Shown: one piece after another, positions 14,531-26,500 of the stretch
Layout of the letters: the number at the start of each line of letters is the position of its first letter
Numbering within the stretch: the stretch's first letter is position 1
DNA from: Mycobacterium tuberculosis H37Rv
GTDB taxonomy: Bacteria > Actinomycetota > Actinomycetes > Mycobacteriales > Mycobacteriaceae
Assembly (NCBI RefSeq): GCF_000195955.2
Contig: NC_000962.3
Span: forward strand, 2,280,001 to 2,312,000
Reading direction: 5' to 3'
DNA: 32,000 nucleotides
Notes under the pieces: generated by a model
Seen by the model: the letters and a program-made list of their open reading frames with translations, nothing else
Database searches by the model: none
What the model was told of the DNA's origin: nothing
Program-made: the position numbers and the translations under genes

Positions 14531-17500
14531 CTACTCGTCGTCGTTCCGAAACGCCGCGTTGACCAGGTCGTCGAGGTCCATGTCCGCGATCTCTTGTTCT
14601 GCGGTCGGCGCCAACGCCGGGTCCTGGCCGCTGGTTTCGGTTTCATTTGCCAGCGCGAGCAACAGATCCAGCACTCCCGCCTGCCGTAAGCGCTTGACCG
14701 GAATGGACGCCACAATGCGTTGTAGTTCGGCTTCCCCGGCCGCCACGGCTGAAGTGTCTTGCGGTGATGAGCCGAGCAGTTCTCGACGCATATAGCCGGC
14801 CAGCGCCGCGGAGTTGGGGTAGTCGAAGATGAGCGTGGGTGAAAGCGCCAGGCCGGTGGCGGATTTGAGCCGGTTGCGCATTTCGACCGCGGTGAGCGAG
14901 TCGAAACCCAACTCCTGGAATGCCCTATCCGGGTCGATGGCTTCGGGGCTGGCGCTACCCAGCACGGTGGCGATGTGCGAGCGCACCAGGTCCAGCAGGA
15001 CGGCGTGTTGCTCGTCTTCGGGCAGTCCTTCCAGGCGTTGCAGCAGAGCCGATTTCGATTTCGCCGCGGCCAACGAGTCATCGACCTGGCGCCTGGTCGG
15101 CGCGTTGATCAGATCGACGAACATCGGCGGCAACGTGCCGCCATCGAACTTGACCTTCAACGCCGCAAAGTCGATGTGGGCGGGCAGCATGAATGGCTCG
15201 TCGACGATCATTGCGGTGTCGAACAATTGCAGGGCGTCAGCAGACGACATCGCCACGATGCCGTCGCGGGCGAAGCGTTTGAAGTCCACCGTCGCCAGGC
15301 CGCCGGTCATGGCGCTGGCCTGATCCCACAGACCCCAGCCCAGGGAGATGGCCGGCAGCCCATGGGCCCGCCGGTGGGCGGCCAGCGCATCCAAAAACGA
15401 ATTGGCGGCCGCATAGTTGGCCTGGCCCGACGATCCGACCAGCCCGGCCATCGACGAAAACATGACAAACGCCGACACATCCAGGTCGCGAGTCAACTCG
15501 TGCAGGTGCCACGCCGCGTCCACCTTGGACCGCAACACCACATCCACCCGATCCGGTGTCAGTGACATCACCACCGCGTCGTCGAGTGCGCCGGCGGTGT
15601 GGATCACGCCCGACAATGGATGCTGAACCGGAATATCGGCGATCACCTTGGCCAACGCCGCTCGATCCGCCGCGTCACAGGCCACCACCTGCACCTGCGC
15701 ACCGGCGGCGGCCAACTCGGCCACCAGCTCCGCAGCCCCGGGAGCATCCGGGCCGCGCCGGCTCACCAACACCAGATTGCGCACCCCATGACGAGCCACC
15801 ACGTGACGGGCCACCGCCGAACCCGCCATCCCGGTGCCACCGGTGATCAACACCGTGCCCGCCGCCCACGAGCCGGGCATCAGCATGACGACCTTGCCGG
15901 TGTGGCGCGCCTGGCTCAGATAACGCAACGCCGCAGGCGCGCACCGCACGTCAAAAGTGGTGACCGGCAACGGCCGCAGCACCCCATCGCCGAACAGCGT
16001 GGCGAGCTCGGCAAGGATCTGCGCAATGCGGTCCGGTCCCGGTTCGAATAGGTCGAAGGCGCGGTAGCGCACGCCCGGGTACTGCTGGGCGATCACGCCG
16101 GGGTCGCGGATGTCGGTCTTGCCCATCTCCAAGAACACCCCACCCGGTGCCACCAGACGCAGCGACGCATCCACGAATTCACCGGCCAGCGAGTCCAACA
16201 CCACGTCGAACCCTCGACCGCCAGTGGCCGCGCGGAACTTGTCCTCGAACTCTAGGCTACGTGAATCGGATATGTGGTCGTCGTCAAAGCCCATGGCGCG
16301 CAAGGTGTCCCACTTACCCTTGCTCGCGGTCGCGAACACCTCCAACCCCAGATGCCGAGCCAGCTGCACCGCCGCCATGCCCACCCCGCCGGTGCCGGCA
16401 TGGATCAACACGCGCTGGCCCGACCTAGCAGCGGCCAAATCCACCAGCGCGTAGTGGGCGGTGGCGAACACCACCGAGGTGGTGGCGGCGGCCGTGTGCG
16501 ACCACCCCGCCGGCACCTTGACCAGCAGCCGCTGGTCGGTGCTGGCGACGGTTCCGGTGCCCTCGGGGAACAGGCCCATTACCCGGTCTCCGACCGCGAA
16601 AGATCCCTTGTTCAAGCTGGTTTCGATAACGACGCCGCAGGCCTCAACGCCCATGACCGCGTCCGGATCGGGATACAGACCCAGCGCGATCATGACGTCG
16701 CGGAAGTTGGCGGCAATCGCGGACACCGCAACTCGAACCTGCCCGGGGCCCAGCGGCGCGTCGGCATCGGGAATCAGCTCCAGCCGCAGATTCTCGAAGG
16801 TGCCGGCGGTGCTCATCGCCAACCGCCACGGCCGGTCACTCGGAGGAACCAACAGCCCGCCCACCGCGCGGCTACCGTGCACCCGCGCCGTATAAACCTC
16901 CCCGCGCCGCCACAACACCTGCGGCTCGCCTGTCGTCACTACCGCCGCCAGGGCCGAATCGTCGAGCGGCGCATCGGAATCGACCAGCACGATCCGGCCC
17001 GGATGCTCGGTCTGCGCCGACCGCACCAATCCCCATACGGCGGCACCCGCCAAATCGGTGACATCTTCGCCCGGCAATGCCACCGCACCGCGGGTCATCA
17101 CCACCAAAACCCCTGCCCCATCACGGGTTAGCCACGACTGCAACACATCAAGCACCGAACTCGTGGCGGCATACACGCCCGCCACTACGTCACCGGCCAG
17201 AGGCACCGACTCAAACACCACCGCCGCCGAGTCCTCCGTTGTCCCCCAGGCGCACACCGGTAGCGGCTCCACCGCGGCCGATGGCTGCGGCGACCAGGTG
17301 ACCTCGAATAGCCGGTCCGGACCCGAGCTCGACACCGCCGCCCGCAATTGCTGATCGGTCACCGGTCGGGCCAGCATGGAAGCGACTGACAACACCGGCA
17401 ATCCCAACCCATCGGCCAGCTCGATCGACACCGCCGACGGACCCACTGGCGCGATGCGGGCCCGCACCGCCGACGCCCCCGCTGCATGCAACGAGACCCC

Positions 17501-20500
17501 CTGCCAGGAGAACGGGACCAACACCGAACCTTGGCCACGCTCGGCGCTTTCCGCGCTCAACACCACCGCGTGCAAGGCCGCATCCAGCAGCACCGGATGC
17601 ACCCCGAAGCCGGTGACCGAGACCCCGGCATCGGCGGGCAACGCCACCTCCGCGAACACCTCATCACCCCGGCGCCACATCGCGGTCAGTCCCCGAAACG
17701 CCGGCCCGTAGCCGTATCCGCGCTCGGCCAGCTGCTGATAGCCGTCCGCCACCTCAACCGGGACGGCGCCCGCCGGCGGCCACATCGCTAGATCCGCGGT
17801 CGGTTCCGCCGACCCGGCGCGCAGCGCGCCCTCGGCGTGCAACACCCAGCCGGTACCGACGTCACCACGCGAATACACCGACACCCCGCGCACGCCGGAC
17901 TCGTCGGGACCATTGACGACCACCTGAACCGCCACCGAACCGGATGCGGGCAACACCAACGGCGCGGCCAGCGTTAATTCGTCGACAACGCCACAACCCA
18001 CTTCGTCGCCGGCGCGGATCGCCAACTCCACAAATCCCGCTCCCGGGAAGATCGTCACGCCGGCAACGGAGTGGTCGGCCAACCAGCCCTGCACGCTGGG
18101 CGACAGCCGACCCGTCAACACCACCCCGCCCGAGGCCGGCAGATCGATCACCGCGCCCAAGAGCGCGTGCTCACTGGCCGCCAACCCCAAGCCGGCCGCG
18201 TCCGCCGCGACACCATCACCGGACAGCCAAAACCGCCGCCGTTGGAAGGCATACGTCGGCAACTCGACAAACTGCGCCTCGCCTACCACAGCGCGCCAAT
18301 CCAGGTCCATACCGGTGACAAACCCTTGCGCGACGGCGTTGGTCAACGTCGCCGGCTCGGGGCGATCCTTGCGCAGCGCAGACATCGTTGTCACCGCAAC
18401 GTCGGGCAACGACTCTTCGATCGACGCAACAAGGCCACCGCTGGGCCCGACTTCGAGGAATCGGCTGCCTCCGGCCGCCTGCGCGAAGCGCACACTGTCG
18501 GCGAACCGCACGGCTTGCCGGATGTGACGTCGCCAGTAGGCCGCTGATCCGAAATCGTCGCCCGCCAACTGCCCGGTCACGTTGGAGATGACTCCGATGG
18601 TGGGCCGGCCGATGGCGATTCCGGCAGCGACGGCTGCGAATTCGTCGATCATCGGATCCATCAACGGCGAGTGGAACGCGTGGGAAACCGCCAGCTGGTG
18701 GACTCGTCGTCCGTCGGCGCGCAGCTGGTCGGCCACCGCGGCCACGGCGTTTTGTGCACCCGAAATCACCAGTGACGCTGGACCGTTGACCGCAGCGATG
18801 TCAACCTCAGCGCTCAGCAGCGGCCGCACCTCTTCCTCGGCGGCTTGCACGGCGACCATCGCCCCACCGGCCGGCAACGCCTGCATGAGCCGGCCGCGGG
18901 CAGCCACCAACACCGCAGCGTTCTCCAACGACAGGACACCGGCGACATGTGCCGCAGACAACTCACCGATCGAGTGGCCCATGACAAAATCCGGTCGTAC
19001 ACCCCAGGATCCCAGCAACCGGAACAGGGCAACTTCCACCGCGAACAGCGCGGGCTGCGCGAATTCCGTGCTGTTCAGTAGGTTTTCGTCGTGACCCCAC
19101 ATCACTTCGCGCAGTGGGCGCAGCAGATGCCGGTCAAGTTCGCCCACTACGGTGTTGAACGCCTCGGCGAACACCGGGTATCCGGCGTGCAATCCCATTC
19201 CCATGCCCAGCCATTGGGAGCCTTGGCCGGGGAAGACGAACACCGTCTTACCCGCCGCAGTCGCCGTGCCCCGAACAACCGAGCCGCCCAACTGGTCACC
19301 CGCCAGCTCATCGAGCCCGGCCAACAACCGATCACGGTCCCCGCCAACCACCACCGCCCGATGCTCAAAAACCGAACGACCCGCCAACGACCACCCCACA
19401 TCGGCAACATCGAGGCCATCATCGCCACGCACGTACGCGGCCAACCGAGCCGCCTGCCCCCGCAACGCCGACTCCGACTTCGCCGACACCACCCACGGCA
19501 CCACCGGCCCCGCCCAACCAGCCTCCCGCCGCGGCACCACCGGCACCGCCTCGATAATCACATGCGCATTAGTGCCACTAATCCCAAACGACGACACCCC
19601 CGCACGACGCGTCCGAGCACCAGCAGGCCACACCCGCGGCGCGGTCAACAACTCCACCGCCCCCGCCGACCAATCCACATGCGGGCTAGGCACATCCACG
19701 TGCAACGTCGCCGGCAACAGCTCATGGCGCATCGCCAACACCATCTTGATCACCCCGGCCACCCCCGCCGCGGCCTGCGTATGACCCATATTCGACTTCA
19801 CCGACCCCAACCACAAAGGTTCTCCCGGCTCCCCCCGATCTTGCCCATAAGTGGCCAACAACGCCTGAGCCTCAATCGGATCCCCCAACGTGGTCCCGGT
19901 CCCATGCCCCTCCACCACATCCACCTCGGCCGCGCTCAACCCGGCATTGGCCAACGCCGCCCGCACCACCCGCTGCTGCGAAGGACCATTAGGCGCGGTC
20001 AACCCATTCGACGCCCCATCCTGATTAACCGCCGACCCGACCACCACCGCCAACACCGGATGACCCAACCGCCGCGCATCCGAAAGCCGCTGCAGCACCA
20101 ACATCCCACCGCCCTCGGAGAATCCGGTGCCGTCGGCCGCCGCGGCGAATGCCTTGCAGCGCCCGTCCGGGGATAATCCGCGCCAGCGGCTGAATTCCAC
20201 GAAGATGTCGGGTGTGGCGTTGACGGTGACGCCGCCAGCCAGCGCCAGATCGCACTCCCCCGACCGCAGCGATCCCACCGCCATATGCAACGCCACCAAC
20301 GACGACGAACACGCCGTATCCACCGACACCGCCGGACCCTCCAACCCCAGCACATAGGCCACCCGACCCGAGGCGACGCTGGACAATTGGCCGGTCAGCC
20401 GGAAGCCTTCTACCGGCTCGGCGGCGAACATGCCGTAGCCTTGCGTCATTACCCCGGCGAATACCCCGGTGGCGCTGCCGCGCAATCCGGTCGGATCGAT

Positions 20501-23500
20501 ACCGGCCCGCTCCAACGCCTCCCAGGACAACTCCAGCAACATCCGATGCTGTGGATCCATCGCGAGGGCCTCGCTCGGCCCCACCCCGAAGAAGGCGGGG
20601 TCGAAGTCGCCGACCCCGTCCACAAAGCCGCCGGTGCGGGTGTAGCACGCACCCGCGGCGTCGGGGTCGGGGTTGTATAGCCCGGCCAGGTCCCACCCGC
20701 GGTCCGCCGGGAATTCGGAGAGCACGTCGCGGCCCTGGATCAGCATGTCCCACATGTCGTCCGGGGAATTCACCCCGCCGGGATAGCGGCACGCCATGCC
20801 CACGATCGCGATCGGATCCTCGCTCGTGGTGCGTACCGCGGGTGTGTGCTTGATTTCCTGTGGGAGGCCGGCAAGTTCGGTGCGGATATAGGAGGCCAGC
20901 CGATTGGGTGTCGGGTAGTCGAAGATGAGCGTGGGTGAAAGTGAAAGGCCGGTGGCGGATTTGAGCCGGTTACGCATTTCGACCGCGGTCAACGAGTCAA
21001 AACCCAGGTCCTGGAACGCCTTGTCGGGGTCGATGGCTTCTGGCGTGATGTTGCCCAGCACGGTGGCGATGTGCAAACGCACCAGGCCTAGCAAGACGGC
21101 GTGCTGTTCGGCTTCGGGCAGCCCGTGCAGGCGATGCGCGAGCGCCGATTTCGACTTTGCGGCGGCCACGGAGTCGTCGACCTGACGGCGGGTCGGCGCG
21201 CTGGCTAGGTCGGAGAACATGGGCGGCACCGCCACCGCATGGGCTCGCAGTGCGGTGAGGTCAATGCGGGCGGGCGCCAGGAATGGCTCGTCGACGATCA
21301 TTGCGGTGTCGAACAGTTCCAGCGCCTCAGCGGTGGACAGCGCCAGCACCCCTTCACGACCCAGCCGGGCCAGGTCTGCGGCGTCCAGGCCGCCGGTCAT
21401 GGCGCTGGCCTGATCCCACAGACCCCAGCCCAGGGAGATGGCCGGCAGCCCATGGGCCCGCCGGTGGGCGGCCAGCGCATCCAAAAACGAATTGGCGGCC
21501 GCATAGTTGGCCTGGCCCGACGATCCGACCAGCCCGGCCATCGACGAAAACATGACAAACGCCGACACATCCAGGTCGCGAGTCAACTCGTGCAGGTGCC
21601 ACGCCGCGTCCACCTTGGACCGCAACACCACATCCACCCGATCCGGTGTCAGTGACATCACCACCGCGTCGTCGAGTGCGCCGGCGGTGTGGATCACGCC
21701 CGACAATGGATGCTGAACCGGAATATCGGCGATCACCTTGGCCAACGCCGCTCGATCCGCCGCGTCACAGGCCACCACCTGTACCTGCGCACCGGCGGCG
21801 GCCAACTCGGCCACCAGCTCCGCAGCCCCGGGAGCATCCGGGCCGCGCCGGCTCACCAACACCAGATTGCGCACCCCATGACGAGCCACCACGTGACGGG
21901 CCACCGCCGAACCCGCCATCCCGGTGCCACCGGTGATCAACACCGTGCCCGCCGCCCACGAGCCGGGCATCAGCATGACGACCTTGCCGGTGTGGCGCGC
22001 CTGGCTCAGATAACGCAACGCCGCAGGCGCGCGCCGCACGTCAAAAGTGGTGACCGGCAACGGCCGCAGCACCCCATCGCCGAACAGCGTGGCGAGCTCC
22101 AGCATGTACTGATGCATCCGGGGACGTCCCGGTTCGAATAGGTCGAAGGCGCGGTAGCGCACGCCCGGGTACTGCTGGGCGATCACGCCGGGGTCGCGGA
22201 TGTCGGTCTTGCCCATCTCCAAGAACACCCCACCCGGTGCCACCAGACGCAGCGACGCATCCACGAATTCACCGGCCAGCGAGTCCAACACCACGTCGAA
22301 CCCTCGACCGCCAGTGGCCGCGCGGAACTTGTCCTCGAACTCTAGGCTACGTGAATCGGATATGTGGTCGTCGTCAAAGCCCATGGCGCGCAAGGTGTCC
22401 CACTTACCCTTGCTCGCGGTCGCGAACACCTCCAACCCCAGATGCCGAGCCAGCTGCACCGCCGCCATGCCCACCCCGCCGGTGCCGGCATGGATCAACA
22501 CGCGCTGGCCCGGTTGTACGTCGGCCAAATGTATGAATGCGTAGTACGCGGTGGTGAAGACAGCCGAGATGGCGGCGGCTTCGGCGTAGGACCAGTCGGC
22601 GGGCATCGGCAGCAGCAGCCGGACGTCGCCGGCCACCAGGGTGCCGCTGCCGTCGGGGAAGAATCCGAACACCGAATCACCGACCGAGAATTCGGTGACA
22701 CCGGGGCCGACCTCGACGACCACGCCCGCGCCTTCGCCGCCGAGCAGCGCGTCGTGGGTGAACATGCCTAGGGTGATCATGATGTCGCGGAAGTTCGCGG
22801 CGATGGCGCGCATGGCCACCCGGACCTGGCCGGGCCCCAACGGTGCGTCGGCGTTGGGAACCGGCTCGAGCCGCAGATTTTCGAAGGTGCCCGCGCTGCC
22901 CAGACCCAACCGCCATGGCCCATCGCCCGGCGGCACCAAGATGGCATCCGCCGCGCGGCTGCCGCGCACGCGCGCGGTGTACACCTGTCCGCCCCGCAGC
23001 ACTACCTGCGGCTCGCCAGTCGCCAACGCCATCGCGATCGCCGCGTCGTCGGTGGCCGCATCGGAATCGACCAGCACGATCCGGCCCGGATGCTCGGTCT
23101 GCGCCGACCGCACCAGCCCCCACACGGCCGCGCCCGCCAGATCGGCGACGTCTTCGCGGGGCAGCGCCATCGCGCCCCGGGTCGCCACCACCAGCACCCC
23201 GGATTCATGGTCGGTCAGCCACGACTGCACTGCGGCCAGAGCCTGGTGGCTGCGCACGTAGCTGCCGGCTACCGGATCTTGGTCAGCCGCAACCGATTCA
23301 AAGATCTGGTAGGCGGGGGTAGGCCCCGGGGACGTGGCCGCCGACGCGGGCGACCAGATCACTTCGAACAGCCGGTCGGGACCCGAGCCCGACACCGCCG
23401 CCAGCAGCTGCCGCTCGGTCACCGGGCGGGCCACCATCGAGGCCACCGACAATACCGGCAGACCCAGCCCGTCCGCCAACTCCACCGACACCGCCGACGG

Positions 23501-26500
23501 CCCCGCCGGCGCGATCCGGGCCCGCACCGCCGAGGCCCCCGTGGCATGCAACGACACGCCCTGCCAAGCGAACGGCAATGCGAGTTCGTCCGGGTCGCCG
23601 GCGATCACGACCGCATGCAAGACGGCGTCCAACAAAGCCGGATGCACACCGAACCCACCGACTCCCCCGGCCGCCTCCGGCAGCCTCACCTCGGCGAATA
23701 TTTCCTCGCCGCGGGCCCACATCGCGGTCAGCCCGCGAAACGCCGGTCCGTACCGGTAGCCGCGTGTCGCCAACCGCTCATAGCCATCGGCCACGTCCAC
23801 CGTCACGGCACCTGCCGGTGGCCACACCGATAGGTCCGCGCCTGGTTCAACCGACCCGGGCCGCAGGATACCCTCGGCATGCAAAAGCCAGCCCGCTTGC
23901 GCGTCAGCTCGGGAAAATATCGACACACCACGGGAATTCGAATCCCGGCCAGCGTCGACTACCACCTGCACCGCAACGGAGCCGGTGGCGGGCAACAGCA
24001 GGGGTGCGGCCAGCGTCAGCTCGTCAAGCACCGAGCAGCCGACTTCGTCGCCGGCGCGGATCGCCAGCTCCACGAATCCGGTGCCCGGGAACAGCACCAC
24101 GTCTGAAACGGCGTGGTCGGCCAACCACGGCTGCACGTTGGGCGACAACCGACCCGTCAACACCACCCCGCCGGAGGCGGGCAGGTCGACCACCGCGCCC
24201 AGCAACGGGTGTTCGCTCGCACCCAACCCCAAACCGGATACGTCGGCGCCTGAGCCCTCGGCCGAGAGCCAAAACCGGCGCTTGTCAAAGGCATACGTCG
24301 GCAGCTCCACATAGCCCGCTCCGTCCAGCGTGCCCCGCCAGTTCACAGCCACCCCCGCCACAAACGCGGACGCCGCCGAGAGCAGGAATCGGTGCAGCCC
24401 ACCATCTCCACGCCCCAGCGTGGGGACGACAATGGCCTCGCTGTCACCGTCGGTGCACGCGGCGAATGTTTCCTCGACACCGGTAATCAACGCCGGATGC
24501 GGGCTGGATTCGATGAACGTGCGGTAGCCCTGCTCGCAGGCGTTGCGCACCGCCTGGTCGAATAGCACGGTCTGGCGGACGTTGCGGTACCAGTAGTCGG
24601 CGTCCAAACCAGCTGTATCCAAACGATTTCCGGTCACCGTAGAGAAGAAGACGGTACGCGTGGATCGCGGTTCGATGCCGGACAGAGCTTCGGCGAGTGG
24701 GCCACGGATCGCCTCGACCTCCACCGAATGCGAGGCATAGTCCACCTCGATCCGGCGGGTCCGCAGTTCCTTGGTGGAGCACACCGCGATCAGCTCCTCC
24801 AGCGCGCCCACTTCGCCCGACACCACCACCGCCGAGGGGCCGTTGACGACGGCGATGCTGACCCGATCGCCGAAGGGCGCCAACAAATCCCGCGCCTGGT
24901 CGGCACCGCACGCGATGGACACCATGCCGCCCGGGCCGGCCAGTCCGGCCAGCAACTTGCTGCGCAGCGTGACCACCCGTGCGGCGTCGCGCAGCGACAG
25001 CGCGCCGGCAACGTAGGCGGCAGCGATCTCGCCTTGCGAATGACCGATCACCGCATCCGGATGCACTGCGACCGACTTCCACAGCTCGGCCAGTGACACC
25101 ATCACCGCGAACAGCACGGGCTGCACCACATCCACGCGATCCAGTCCCGGTGCACCGGGGGCGCCACGCAGCACGTCCACCAGCGACCAGTCGACAAATT
25201 CCGCGAACGCCTCGGCACACGCGTCGATCTGCTGCGCGAATGCCGGTGCGGTATCGAGCAGTTCGATTCCCATGCCCAGCCATTGGGAGCCTTGGCCGGG
25301 GAAGACGAACACCGTCTTACCCGCCGCAGTCGCCGTGCCCCGAACAACCGAGCCGCCCAACTGGTCACCCGCCAGCTCATCGAGCCCGGCCAACAACCGA
25401 TCACGGTCCCCGCCAACCACCACCGCCCGATGCTCAAAAACCGAACGACCCGCCAACGACCACCCCACATCGGCAACATCGAGGCCATCATCGCCACGCA
25501 CGTACGCGGCCAACCGAGCCGCCTGCCCCCGCAACGCCGACTCCGACTTCGCCGACACCACCCACGGCACCACCGGCCCCGCCCAACCAGCCTCCCGCCG
25601 CGGCACCACCGGCACCGCCTCGATAATCACATGCGCATTAGTGCCACTAATCCCAAACGACGACACCCCCGCACGACGCGTCCGAGCACCAGCAGGCCAC
25701 ACCCGCGGCGCGGTCAACAACTCCACCGCCCCCGCCGACCAATCCACATGCGGGCTAGGCACATCCACGTGCAACGTCGCCGGCAACAGCTCATGGCGCA
25801 TCGCCAACACCATCTTGATCACCCCGGCCACCCCCGCCGCGGCCTGCGTATGACCCATATTCGACTTCACCGACCCCAACCACAAAGGTTCTCCCGGCTC
25901 CCCCCGATCTTGCCCATAAGTGGCCAACAACGCCTGAGCCTCAATCGGATCCCCCAACGTGGTCCCGGTCCCATGCCCCTCCACCACATCCACCTCGGCC
26001 GCGCTCAACCCGGCATTGGCCAACGCCGCCCGCACCACCCGCTGCTGCGAAGGACCATTAGGCGCGGTCAACCCATTCGACGCCCCATCCTGATTAACCG
26101 CCGACCCGACCACCACCGCCAACACCGGATGACCCAACCGCCGCGCATCCGAAAGCCGCTGCAGCACCAACATCCCACCGCCCTCGGACCAGCCGACCCC
26201 ATCAGCCCGCCCGGCGTAAGGCTTGCACCGGCCGTCGGGTGCCAGCCCACGATGCCTGCTGAATTCCACGAAGACCGTCGGTGTGGCGTTGACGGTGACG
26301 CCGCCAGCCAGCGCCAGATCGCACTCCCCCGACCGCAGCGATCCCACCGCCATATGCAACGCCACCAACGACGACGAACACGCCGTATCCACCGACACCG
26401 CCGGACCCTCCAACCCCAGCACATAGGCCACCCGACCCGAGGCGACGCTGGAGGTCATCCCGGTCAGCCGGTAGCCCTCGATCTCCTCGGCCAACATTCC

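Noticed and set aside
14527-15081. N-terminal extension of the Rv2047c ORF to 1039 aa (start at 15081)
   Set aside because: The extension runs through the ACP2 and docking-tail coding region of pks12 in another frame and is Arg/Trp/Cys/Thr-rich nonsense. The Rossmann GxxGxxG motif begins immediately after the GTG at 14526.
16274-17131. Other long ORFs inside pks12 on either strand (for example 16274..17131 +, 20025..20792 -, 24444..25283 -, 23090..23833 +)
   Set aside because: These are GC-driven spurious frames with Arg/Gly/Pro-rich translations. All overlap the PKS frame, which carries every catalytic motif.
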